DNA from: Neoechinorhynchus agilis
Taxonomy: Eukaryota > Animalia > Acanthocephala
NCBI GenBank assembly: GCA_051530055.1
Contig: CM121341.1
Coordinates: forward strand, 11,138,784 to 11,202,783
DNA: 64,000 bases
Direction: 5' to 3'
How positions within the stretch are numbered: the first letter of the stretch is position 1; every line of letters begins with the position of its first letter. This document shows, in pieces, positions 46,031-58,747 of the stretch. The position numbers were made by a program, and so were the translations under genes. The notes under the pieces were generated by a model, which was given only the letters and a program-made list of their open reading frames with translations, did no database searches and was not told the DNA's origin.

Positions 46031-47390
46031 TATAACGCTTGAATGAAACACAGCTCTGTATTTCTAAATGCAAATTGTTGTAAGAATTTTCCAGAAGGGA
46101 CGATAATTCCGAGTGAAACCCCTGTCGTCGCACAAAATCACATTCGAGATCCTCGGTCACAATACCAACATTGAAAAAAGATTACGAATTTGAGTACCGA
46201 AAATGTAAGAGAATGCTGAGTTTTTTGGCGATCGTTTTCCTAAGACCAATAGACGTCCGCATAATTCCGAAAGTTGAAATATATCTTGATTACTATCTTT
46301 GAACGCTAAAACTAGCAAGGAAGTTTAGACACTTAAGCGAATTAACATTAACCACTCGTTCGTTCAATAATATCACTTACATTCCAAATATATCCAAAAG
46401 CATTTATGACGTGATACTTATTTGAGTAATGATTTTCCCTAAACCTTGTATTAATTCAATAATTTAATAATTAAACGTAATTTTAATAGCCAAAAGCTAT
46501 TTTAGTGTAAAACGATCAAATTCCCGCATCTTCAAAGAGTATTTTAGATCAAAGGATTTATCGGAGATATAAATGCGTTTGATTTAACCCTCCTGCAAAA
46601 AGAAAACTTTTATTATAAATTACAATAAAGTCATTATTTCTGATTGCCGCAAGCTAGGTAAAAATGAATTCGAAAAATTATGTAAATTTCACTTTACTCT
46701 TCTTGTGAAGCGATGGTTCAACTAAAGTGAATTTCCGAAGGCCAACGATATTGGTGCGAAGAATTATTCGTAATTTAATGCAGCGAATAACGGTGTTTTC
46801 GATTTGAAGGATCATGGAAGAGGTTCAAACATTGACAACATTACGTTCCTCTCGTTGGTGATAAAACGTTGGACTTTCTATTTGGCGATAGTCCATCCGT
46901 ATCTGTTCAAAATGTCCTATTCAATTCATCAGTGAGTCATCATGAATGCATTTCAAGTAAAAAGCAGAATAAAAGAAAAGACCGTTCAAATAAGCGGTCT
47001 TCCCCAATGACTAAATGAGTGGTGTGAATCACAGAGAAATCATTGTCTATAGATTGCTTTCTCCACTTCATTCTCCGCGTTCCATTTCCTTCTCCTCTGC
47101 AGTTTCCTTTTATTCTTCTCAGGTGTTTCTTGTGTGTTCAATTCTATAAAAAGGCTGGTGGTAAATTCTACGACACCATCTTCACCTTCAACCTTAAACA
47201 AGAGGTAGGTACAACAGTCTCCCGCTCCGCATTTTACGTTTGAGCTTGAGTCGAAAGCATCACACGCGCCAATATGACCTGTCTTCATCATTGTTTCACG
47301 TTTCTATAACCTTTTTGAACACTTTCTATCGTTTGAGTTTCCTTTCTACGACTGCCGAGACATTTCCCAGAACACTAGTTTCAAATTGAA

Positions 47391-47558
47391 ATGGGTTTCC
47401 TCAGTAAAAGAAGACGAACTACCATTTTTGTGCCGGTCAACTGCTGTTGTCCGCAGCCCCAAGTGATCTGCTGCAGCGGAGGAGGAGGAAATCAGAGGGC
47501 GCCAGTGCCCATATATTTGCCCCAGATGTCGTGCTGCTCCAACTGTTGCTGCTGCTAA
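47391..47558 (+). CDS. Tiny Cys-rich protein 1 (55 aa, below the ORF-track cutoff)
   Basis: Hand translation: MGFLSKRRRTTIFVPVNCCCPQPQVICCSGGGGNQRAPVPIYLPQMSCCSNCCCC*. Same architecture as the neighbour at 48050. Confidence 0.8.
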   Translation: MGFLSKRRRTTIFVPVNCCCPQPQVICCSGGGGNQRAPVPIYLPQMSCCSNCCCC

Positions 47559-48049
47559 CGCAACCAAGGCAAAGGCGAACGAGAGCGAACCATAGGCTTC
47601 CCCTTGCACCTATCGGGAACCGATCATCAATCGAATGTATCATGCAATCTTCCACTCATAAATGATCGTTGATCGTTCCCGTACATGTCAAAAAATCCAG
47701 TATTCTCTTTAAACAAGAAGGTTATTCAGAACCAATGAACGGTAATTATTTATACTCGGAAAATCACACAAGGAGGAGATGCGTGGATTATATGGACGTG
47801 TAGAAATTCCTTGCAAATCCCCGATGAAGACAGAGAAATTCTACAATTTCGTTCTCCTTGCTTCAATGTCCTCCATATCACTCAATACTGCCGTCGTATG
47901 TGATACCACATCGTGACCGAGTGAACTTCCTTCTCCTGAATAAACTGAGCTCTCATCATCTCTTTAAACGCTTGTCTCACACTCCTTGTCTTTTTTTGTC
48001 GATCTCGTCGTACATTCCTGATTTTAATCAATTTAGATCACTCGATTCG

Positions 48050-48325
48050 ATGGGAAAGGGAAGCAGGAGGTCTGCCGTAAGAACCGTTCCAATATGCTGT
48101 TGCTGCTGCGGCGGTGGTAATTGTCAGCCTCAAGTTATTCGCGTGAATTGCGGCGGTTCGCAAGGTCCACTAATTCCAATTCCGATTCCATGCGGCGGTG
48201 GCGGTTGCAGTCAATGCTGCTGTAAAAAGACATGCTGTTGCTGCTGCCAACCTTGCTGCTGTAATTGCTGCTGCCAACCTTGCTGCTGCAATTGTTGCTG
48301 CAAACCATGCTGCGGCTGTTGCTAA
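48050..48325 (+). CDS. Small ultra-high-Cys protein 2 (91 aa, 33 Cys)
   Basis: MGKGSRRSAVRTVPICCCCCGGGNCQPQVIRV...PLIPIPIPC...CCCQPCCCNCCCQPCCCNCCCKPCCGCC*. AATAAA follows at about 48342. The likely start is the ATG at 48050, not the TTG at 47858. Confidence 0.85.
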   Translation: MGKGSRRSAVRTVPICCCCCGGGNCQPQVIRVNCGGSQGPLIPIPIPCGGGGCSQCCCKKTCCCCCQPCCCNCCCQPCCCNCCCKPCCGCC

Positions 48326-51300
48326 CTCACTAGTCACTCACAATAAACAATAATGCACCGCACACAATTTTATTTATTCACGCCTAAGTTTTCCTTTTAC
48401 AAATCGGCAAGTTCATAAACAAGCATACTCCTTGTATATTCAGGCACAACAAGGAGACTCAGTATTTTCAAAATATGCAGAGTTAAGACAATTCCTGCGT
48501 CTACACGTGAGTTGATAGACGAAACTTTCGGCTATCGTTATTTTCAAAATCCAACACGGCACCAACCTTACCCTTCAATACCAACGGAACAGTCGTGGTT
48601 TTATAACCACAACGAGCACCTTATTCAATATTATACTACTTGCTTCCCCTATAAAATCCCATGAAAGTTCTGTACAAATGGGTGTCACTGTGTAATTATT
48701 GGTCGTCTGGTGAGTCGGCGCGGACTAAGGACAAACACTTATATCACAATTACCAAAGTCGAGACGTTCAGGATGCTTAGACTTTCACCTTCCTTTATTA
48801 ATATTCTTCAAACTAACCAAATCCTCAGCGATTGTTGACCTATTTATACCATAATAAATCATAGATAACAAGTGCGCGAGAACAACCAATCAGATTCAAA
48901 CTTAGAGAATTCCTACATTTTATTGCTCATAATAAATAAATTATTCGCTTTGTATCAAAATTTAGATAACTGAACAAAAAAATGCCGCGTATGGACGTTA
49001 TCGTACATGACGTTCAAGAAATGAAAAATACTCACATTCCTTTAGCAGTAAATTTGACATCCATGGCTATTGGCGAAACATCAGAAAGTAACTAGCGAAA
49101 ATTTTCACCAATAAAAAATTATATTATTTGTTTGCAGTTCTTAAAAAATTTCTTCGTCACTATTCTGTGTGATAAATTGGAATGAATTTTTGATGCTAAC
49201 ATTCTGACAGAATAAAACGATGAGAACAATCTTTTTGTCCCATGGTTGACTGTTGAATAATTTTCCTCTACATGTTCGTTGTGTTAGACATTTCCAAACA
49301 GAATAAAAACGTTTGAAATTTACGATTTTTTTTGCTTTTAATTACCATTTGAAAATGACAGTTTAGCTTTTTCAAGAGTGGGTCAAAATTTTATTTTTTA
49401 CAGTTTTTAACGGAAATCGGTTTGAAAATATTTGCAGCAATTTAATAATCACCATCTAAACTAATTCAAAATAAATTTGCGCCTTAAATTTAACTGCCTG
49501 ATTTCAAACTATCACCATGCCTTTTATGTGATTTACTAGATGTGCGTTTTCCAGGTTCAAAACGTAGTAATTTTTTTACCCTTATCATACTTATCAGGCC
49601 GATCCAATAAGCAACATCATCTTCATCACATAAAAATGAATGGATAATAAAAGAAAGATGAGGTTCTGGTTTAGTTTGACGGTTGCGTTGTGTAAACGTG
49701 GCGTTGTGTATTTTGAATACCGTTATTTCAGTTTATAAACAAAAGCACGACCTTTTCGCGATAATTTAATGCTATTAGCACTATTTAGCAAACCCATTGG
49801 CACACTGATAAACTAAGTTATTGCTCTAAAATGTCATGTGTACGCAATTGATCATATTTTTAAATTATTGACTTTATGTATCGGCGTTTAAAATTGCGGA
49901 AATTTTAGATAAGATTCTGGAAATAGACATTGATTTACGAATTTATTGATTCGTGCATGGATTAAATATTAAAAGGTAGTAAACGTGGCGTTTATGTTAC
50001 CGGTTTACAGATTTAAGAAATTATTTCACCACTATTAGTTTTAAACGTTATTAAGAGGCCTTTCTTCATATTTCAAGAAATCAATTTCCACCCGCGGTTT
50101 TTACAATTTATAATTTTTCAGTTGCGAATTATTTCAATCATTCGTGTGAAAATTGCCATTTACTGTAGACTAATTGAATATTTATCGTACGAATAGAGAC
50201 CAAGGATTTCTCTATTTTTCTGAGTAGAAATCAATCCCATGTGACCACTCGATTGGTAATTTTTGCGTCAGCGTTACCAATTTTCCCAGCAGTTTATTAC
50301 TTAAACTATTTGGAAATCATCCCTAGGGCTATTTTTAATCACTAATGTAGTAGGCGTTTACCTTGGCAATGGGCGGAGAGACTTCATTTACCGTTCGTAG
50401 CTCATTGTGCCTGCCTGTGGGGATCATTAGGCACGAGTTAAAGTAATAGCCGAAAATTTGAAGTCCATCAATTTGACTTGTGCAAAGAATGGCTGCTACT
50501 GGCGCCACATTCTAGAGCCGACTATTCGCTTGATTCTATTATGTCATGTGTCGTCTCAACAAATTGATGGGTGGAAGTGACAGATAACCGGAAAGACCTA
50601 TCAAAAGCAATAGAGAATTATTTAATTTAGAATTCTTTAATAAAGAGATTTATTTCGCAGATACGCCTAGGCAATTTTTAGCCTAGTTCCGCCTCAGAAT
50701 TAGACCATGAGCGTTATTCATCACATCGCTCTAATTAATTCATTTCATTCATTATCATCAAAGAAGATTATACCTCTGATTTGCGTGCGGTAAGATGGAT
50801 GTTCAAAAGATTATAAGCAAACCGAGTAAGATGTTGCGCAACGCCATAAATGAGCTGCGGACGTAATTCAAATTTCAATTATTGAAATTGATCCATATTT
50901 CATCAATTGTTGCGCAATGTAGGTTTCATGATTTTTGCGATTTATAAATATTTTTTAAGATATGATTACGCAAATGTTAAAGAAACAGCCAAAGAGCATT
51001 TGCGAAAATGATGATAGAAAAATTATCTTTTTTTATTTCTAATATTTAAGCCTAAACTCTTCTAAGTGAGTAGGAAAAGAAGTTAATGAATTTTTTAATA
51101 TCTTATAAAAGGAGCTAAAAAATCCCTCAATGTATCATATCACTTATGCGATCCGAAATAAAGATGAATATTATTTCAGTGAAACACATCACAAAAGAAA
51201 AACAACATTTTATAATTTTCGAAAATCGATTTTCATTTGCTCAGCAAGATACCTCTGAAGTGTACTTGAGCAATTAAAAATAATTTTTGTTAATATTCGG

Positions 51301-52279
51301 TACAATTCCCTCGTGAGATAGAAGGAACACAGCCTCACGGAAATCAAACAAGCTTCCACAAAAGTGCTATTCTAGTTACGGTAAACATTGGCTGATTGTA
51401 ATAACAATATAAATTCAAGTCTAACACATCGAATCACTGGGCATATCATTGGTAAAGATCATAAAATAAATAATCGATTCGGGATTTCTCGATCAACACT
51501 TGGGTGTTACTAGTTATCAAGTAGGCGTGTCGCAAGCAAAGTAGGCAGTAAAGTTTAATCCTTGATCTGTGACAACAAAGAGAACCTTAATCGCAAGTGT
51601 TCACTTAAAGAGCCACGCAACTGAGCAAAAAAGTCAACAGCGCATTTCTCGCTTTTAAATGATTATTTTAAATGATAATCAACGGATAAACAGTCTCCAT
51701 TCTGATTGGCTACACGAATGTTGCCTTGCATTAGCAACCAATTAATGCAGCAGTGGTGGCATATGCAGCAGAAATAACGGGGGGGAATTAATCGATAGAC
51801 TAAAGCCACTCTCTTGCTGTTAACTTCTCGTGTGTGGGTACGTATCTCACTTACTGCTATTAATTTAGTTGAAATTATTAAAGTACGCCGTGCGTCTTTT
51901 CGCTCCATCCTTCTTCGCATCGCGCACAATTTAATTGATCGGTACCAACGCAAATAAGAATCTCTTTGAAGAGCACTTGTGCCTATTCGCTTGGTACTTG
52001 GTTCTTTATGTGCACTACCATTCGTTTGGTGGCTGAAGCATATAGTTAACATTTCTGCCTATTTTGTACGCTCGGCTGAGTGGTTGAAGAAGTGGTACAG
52101 CATCTCCCGAATCGGGCAATATAAAGTAGTCTGTAGAGCCACTTTTCCCTTTCAAAATCGGTTTGATTGATTCTTAAGCTTTCACCACTCGCCGCCAGCC
52201 CGCCCTCTCACTTTCAATACTCAATCGCTAGGCGAGCACTTCAAAAATCGACAAGTACACTTTAGATCATATTATTGCT

Positions 52280-53618
52280 ATGTACTCTTCTTATAACGAC
52301 AAACTTGAACCGTCCAGCTCTATGGGTCTTATGAGTAACGGTGCTCTTGGCAATGTGGAAAGTGTTGCTAATGAATGTGTTGATGGCAATTCAACCGGCT
52401 TCAACAAGCCAACAAATGTGCACTTTGCAGTCAATAAAATTCTAGACGAAGCACAGGAAAATTATAATAAAATTAACGATGCTACTGTTCAGCAACTTTC
52501 GATTTATCCGCACTACGATCATCATTCCGGATATCATCACCACCAAAGAAATTTTGCCAATCAACCAATCGACGCAAGACCGGCGAAATTGATAAAAACT
52601 GAACAAGCGAGTGGGTCGTCGGTTTCACCGCGTCCCAAATATCAAATCCTCGATCCATACAGTGTACAATATAACAGCAGTGGCAGGCAGTGCCAACAGA
52701 ACCTTGTTCAGTCTTTAAAATCAACCGACCAGCAACCACCAACCCTGGATGGTCAACCAACGCAACAGCAACAAATTTATTCTGCAAATCAATTTCAGAA
52801 TTTCTATAATGACGCAGCTGCCGCTTACATGCAACAGAATTATCCGGCGGCTAATTCAGTCCAAACCTCTGTCTATTCCCAACCACTTCAAACAGTCTAT
52901 CCAAATTTGTCTTCTACAGTCCATTCTTTGCAAAATACACAGCACTCCTCGATGGACCCAGCAAACTTTAATCCATATATTAATCAAGCTTATCAAATGG
53001 CGACTAACCAACACTGGTACCCGTATTCTACTTACAATAACATGACTGCAGGTAATTTGAAAATAAGATTTTCTTCACGCACACGTGGGGGCAAAACGAA
53101 TTTTGTCTGATTCGATTGATTTTTTCAAGTGGTACTTAAGCGCCTCTTGAACAATAATTGATCTCTTCAGCCATCAATTCGTCGTTCCGATTTAAATATG
53201 CTGATTATTTAATCTGAGCTTCAATTAATTTATGCCTGAATTTTGGATATACCAATGCCTTTCTTTTTTAGCTGTCGGTCGTCAACTTGGCCCTGCCAAT
53301 GCAGGAATTCAAAACTCATTTAACTACAGTTTAACTGAGCAACTGAGACAAAGAAATGACAGTCTTCAACAACCAAAAAGGAAACGGCGGGTATTGTTCA
53401 CACAGCGCCAAATCCTTGAGCTGGAAGCAGAGTTCCAAATTCGGAGATATTTGGGCGGAACCGAACGGGAAGCTTTAGCTCAGCGACTGGGTCTAACATC
53501 GACACAAGTAAAAATTTGGTTTCAAAATCACCGGTACAAAACTAAGAAGGCAGAAGCCGAAGAAAGACAGCGGCACCAAAATGACGGTGTTGAAAACGGA
53601 CCGAGGTACACCCGATGA
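52280..53618 (+). CDS. NK2-class homeobox protein (vnd/NK2.2-like), 2 exons, 372 aa
   Basis: Exons 52280-53051 and 53272-53618 (phase-1 GT-AG). Homeodomain KRKRRVLFT...[15 protein letters not shown] with the NK2-diagnostic Tyr54. N-terminal eh1/TN-like HFAVNKIL. Confidence 0.92.
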
Positions 53619-54316
53619 ACACTAAATACGTACTGAAAATTGTAATATAAAACATTAACATCCGCAAAAAACTGTGAATTACCGTTTGTATGCTATTTGT
53701 GTATTTTTGAATAATTTTTATTTTGCTTCAAGTATACGATTGAATAATATTTATGCACATATAATTGTGTGTGCGCATAGATGAAAGGGTTTGCTTTCAA
53801 GGCTTTCAGCAATAAGTATTGAAGTAATACCAGCGAGAACAATAGGCGGTACTCTTAAGAAATCGAAGTGGAACGCACAATAAATGGAAAGAAATTAATA
53901 AAAGTAGTAACCACAATGGAAATTAGACGAGAATATTTAAATTTGTGCCATTAATTTCATGTGCAAATATTCAGTTGTTATTTTTAATTTCTGTCCACGC
54001 GCAGTTTCCGTACTGTAATCAACAATTTAATGGACTGGCCACAAGTGGACACTTCGCAAATTTGAATTCGGCGTTTAATTATAGAAAATCCAAAAGGGGA
54101 GATCAAGCATTTGGATTTGTTTAATCTCATTACTCGACCGAAAGATTATAATCAAATCGGCAATGATTAAAGTTTACCGCCTAATCACAATCAATCATTT
54201 TCAAGAGTACATTTTAAATTTATGTAATTGAATTATCTTGAGCCTAAAAGTTTCACTAAAATTCGATTTATTAAGTAGAACATTTCAGGTGTTGGAAATG
54301 TCATTTAGGTCTTCAT

Positions 54317-54910
54317 TTCGAACCTCGTCGGGTTCATCATCAGTTTGTTAATATTAAAGGCGTTTAAGACCATCAACTTAATTTATCTGGAATTATTTTG
54401 TTTCCAAATGTCGATATGTGAGGTACCGGAGTATATGATTAGGATTATTGTTTAGGTCTTTACCCGTTAGATAATTTTTTATTAAAGACGTTTCGAACAT
54501 CGTCGGGTTCATCATCAGTTTGTTATAAAAATGCGTTTAAGACCATCAAATTCATTTATCTGAATTTATTTTGTTTACAAATGTCGATATGTGAGGAGGT
54601 ACCGGAGTATATGATTAGGATTATTGTTTAGGTATTCACCCGTTAGATAATTTTTTATTAAAGACGTTTCGAACATCGTCGTGTTCATCATCAGTTTGTT
54701 ATAAAAAAGCGTTTAAAACCATCAATCTAATTTATCTGCAATTATTTTGTTTCAAAATGTCGATATGTGAGGAGGTACCGGAGTATATGATTAGAATTAT
54801 TGTTTAGGTCTTTACCCGTTAAATAATTTTTATTAAAGACGTTTTGAACATCATCGGGCATAAAAATATTTACCGGGTAAAGACCTAAATAATAATCCTA
54901 TTTTGTTTCC
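54317..54910. repeat. About 175-bp tandem array (3 full copies) ending in an inverted partial copy
   Basis: TTCGAAC.TCGTCG.GTTCATCATCAG at 54317, 54492 and 54668. Inverted piece TTTACCGGGTAAAGACCTAAATAATAATCCTA at about 54870-54900. Confidence 0.92.
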
Positions 54911-55361
54911 ATTTATTTCAAAATAGTTTATATGTTTGTAATCAAAATTAAACTCGAGCAATGACGTTAAAGTTTTAACCATGGTTAATTTTTGGCATAT
55001 GTAATTTTTGCTTCGGTAATCCAACATAGACTTCAACCACGTTGTCGTTATTTTTAAACCGAAGTAAAAATAAGCGATAATATACTTTACTTGTAAAATA
55101 TTTCAGTGATAATGTAAATCAACATATTTTAAAGAATTTATTAGAAACACGGATTAAGATTAAAAAAGAAACTCAGAGCAAATATACGCGAGTAAATCAT
55201 AAGCAGCGTAATTGAAATGCATGGGAATATTAATTCAGGTGTAAATGAAGTATAGTAAAACATAAACGAGAACGCCATTCGCTGCATTAACCGTTAAATT
55301 TACCGAATGAAAATTTGATTTAACTATGGGAAAACACATATCACAGAGTGACTCGGAGATC

Positions 55362-56518
55362 TCAAACAATTTTTTCAAGATCATTTTTGATGGCAGTTAC
55401 GACTATTTCCGCGTCGATTAAAGTGTCTGTAAGATATCCTTTTGGACCGCGACACGCCCATCCTGCAACGTATAAACCAGGTTCGATCCTTTGATCTTTG
55501 TCAATATTGTATCCTTCCTCTCCGGTGTGAATTAAAGAATTGCTTTTGTAACCAAAGCATGCAATACTAAGATCTGTTTTAACGCTAAAAACTTGATCCT
55601 TACATTTATCTAGGCAATGTATCGCTTTAACTTTTCCTTTTTTATCGGGTACTAAATCCAACGGACTGTGGAGGAATAAAAACTTTAGCCGCTTGGATCC
55701 TTGATTACGCTGGAGGGCATTGTTAAACAATTCATAGAACCTAAGAATCTTTCGAGTAGATTTATATTTTTCATGTGGTTCGGTTAGATTTGAGACAGAT
55801 ACAGAAAGGTCAGGAAGGTTTAACAAGTGCCTTAATTGTTTCACATTGAACGCCGCTTCATACAAAGCTCCCCGACCAATAATCGTAATCTCAGGGTTAT
55901 GACGCCGGTGTAATCTTTTGGTTTTCATAAAACAAAACGAAAGTCAAAAGTTAAATTCTCTTTAATCATTGGGTTCACTTTCTGAGATTCTGGTTTAAAA
56001 TCCTCGCCGTTTTTTAAAAGTATTCTCGCCACATCCATCGCTACGTCTCCAATACCTACAATACTGATATTTTTTACGCTTTCATCAAAGTTTATTTCGG
56101 GGTTCTCGGAAGCGCTATCCCAACTATTATACCAATTAGCGATTTGAACACCAGTAAAACAATTTTTAAATCGTGTGAATTGCTTAGAGACTTCGCTTAA
56201 AGCTCCCGCTCCATGACTAAGAATTACTGCTTGATGGGCACGCCTGATATCATTTATAGAGACATCGCGACCTACTTCCACTCCGCATCTCATATTTACT
56301 CTTTCATTCATTAAGACTTTTTCCTCGAGTGAAACCATTGCCTTCTTCATGTCGTCGTGATCAGGAGCGACACCGTATCGTAGAAGTCCAAATGGAGCAG
56401 TAGCACGTTCGAAGATATTCAATTTAACTGAAGGAAATACCGCAAGTAGCTTCTTAGCGGTGTACAGCCCTGATGGACCGGCGCCGATAATTGCTACTCG
56501 TCTCAGTTGTTCTATCAT
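55362..56518 (-). CDS. FDXR: NADPH:adrenodoxin (ferredoxin) oxidoreductase
   Basis: RVAIIGAGPSG, PFGLLRYGVAPDH, IVGIGDVAMDVARIL, IIGRG and LYVAGW..RGPKG. Two overlapping ORFs, best joined by a 44-nt intron at 55915-55958. Confidence 0.9.
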
Positions 56519-57409
56519 CTAAGAAAAACTGCCTTGTAATCAATGTCTAAAATGGAAAGCGCGAACTAGTCAAGCTTAAAAACGTTAGAATGTCTCAACG
56601 CCTCCATGAACCACAAAGCAGTGGGTAAAAAATTGCAGAGATTCAATGAGCTAAATTTAGCTTTGATCCGTTTTAGTGGAAATTATGAAGTAAGATTTAA
56701 AAAAATAAAGCACATTTTAAAGTTGTTGATTTTCAAACTAAGCTATAATCGATATGATTTTTGCAATCTAATAATTACTCGTGCACTTTAGCCCTTCAAA
56801 TTATGAGTGTGGAAGAGAATATCGAACAAAAATTGTCATTAAGAATCTTAAAACTTTTGGTGTTTTCTTGCTATATTAGATCGTTCGATTGACTGCAAAT
56901 TATCACCAGTTCATCGACAATGAATTTTGGAATATAACGTCAGGAATGAACTTTTGTTGACTATAAACGCCCACATTTTGCTTGGTAAATGACGAGCCTT
57001 CTTCTATGAAACCGACTATACGCCCTCGTACTTTGAATCACTTTTCATTCTCCTTCCTGGCGAATAATATTCCCATCCGTGGACATTTACTTTTAAATGA
57101 GTTTGATATTCCACTCATGCATGATTTTGATAGAGTTGTGGCATTTCTTGTGAAACTGAATAAATACTTTAAAGTGTTGATGCAATAGGGGAGATGCACG
57201 GTGAATTGAGTGAAAATCTCTTATTTTGAATTGGATTCGCTCACATAAGCTGCCATTACCTAAGATTCCATATCATTGACCAAATTTCCGACCATATCCG
57301 ATTTTTATGTCAAAAATAACAGAAGTCGCATACAAAATGTAGGGAAAATTACCGGATTAAATGTATAGAGATATGTAATATTGGTGATCATAATCCCCGC
57401 AGGATAAAA

Positions 57410-57655
57410 CATATTTTGACTTGTGGTGAAGATAATCCCGGTTAAAAATCATTTTATTGTTCTGAAATACGAAATCACATATTTAAACACTTACAAGCAA
57501 TGATAGATAAAGGGAGGTTTCCTCTTTCGAAATATTTAGTGGCGAGTATCTTCACCACAAGTCAAAATTTACCATCCCGATGCATTTTCTCTCGATATGA
57601 AAAACATATTTTATTGTATTGAGAGATGTTTTGAAAGAGGAAGCCTCGCCTCATC
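57410..57655. mobile_element. Member of the TGTGGTGAAG MITE/foldback family
   Basis: TTTTGACTTGTGGTGAAGATA...TATCTTCACCACAAGTCAAAA, then TTTACCATCCCGATGCATTTTCTCTCGATAT, shared with 21577-21785. Confidence 0.7.
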
Positions 57656-58747
57656 AGCCATTGCTTGAAGTGATTAATACAGAGATGTAAAGATTCGTTT
57701 CTTTGTCCTACGAGTCAAACTGTTATCTTTGCTTCACTTTTGGTATTGGGAAATCGCATATTCGCGCGGTCTAACCCATGAACATATCAGAACTTGTCAA
57801 AAGCGAGCGCGGATACACGACTCCGGATTGTAGCGCAAATTTTTTAAATGTTTGATGAAAAATCGAACCTCTTCAAGATAATCATGGGGCATTCAAAAGT
57901 TCTTTGGATAAGATTTGGTCAGGTTCGATTTCATTGGCTTTCACCTTTCAATGTAAAACGAAGGTTCACTAAACTTTGCTGAATCTTGCTCGTTCAATGC
58001 AAGCATTCGGATTAATGGAATGAAATAAATTTAATACAAAATCTTACTGAAATAGTCCATTTTCATCATTGCGACGAGTGAGTTTGAATTGCTTACAATA
58101 ATTGATTTTGAAGTATTGTTTTATACGTTAGTTTGAGAAAACATTAAAGATCGTGACAAACGTTTAAGCTTGAAGTGAACTTTACGAATTCTAAAATAAA
58201 CTTCAGAAGGGTTGGGAAGATTTGGGCGGTAAAATAGTAACTAAACGCATAATGGCCCATGCTTTTAATCTTTCTCGTTTTCACAAGTGTTTGAGGTTTG
58301 AGATCCCAAAGTTCACACTATCCGCCTCGAAAAAATCTCGATGCAATGGAGGATATAGATATTTCGCGGTCGGAACTTTGAGCGTTTGAAAATGTAAATG
58401 AATTAAAATAACCAAAAATCACCACAAACATCCAAAAAGTGTATTTTCCGTATAAAACACTTAAACTGCGACTGGTACCTCCTTCGAAATATCCCAGCAA
58501 TACTTATCGCCGCAACATCTCCAACTATAAACCCCAAGGATTTTCTCATTTCTTTTGAGGATTAATTTGTATAACTTTTACCCGATACACAAATTCGATT
58601 TCGAAAAGTGTTAAGACACATTAAAATCAATCAAAACTTCATATGACACGAATATAAGATGAACGCTGAGTTACTTTAACGAGAATTCGAAAGAACTCAT
58701 TTCGATTCGGTTGGCTTCTTTTCCTTTAATTAAAGCAGCCAATCAGA

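Noticed and set aside
47040-47291. 83-aa minus-strand ORF
   Set aside because: No motif; it is antisense to CT-rich sequence upstream of the Cys-rich gene. Unsupported.
47346-47665. ORFs 47346..47609, 47437..47655 and 47447..47665
   Set aside because: Shadows of the TGC-rich 55-aa gene at 47391-47558.
48683-48870. Possible solo LTR (TG...CA with TATA-like and AATAAA-like words on the minus strand)
   Set aside because: No target-site duplication and no second copy in the window.
51663-52170. ORFs upstream of the NK2 gene
   Set aside because: No coding-like composition or motifs; more likely promoter or UTR sequence.
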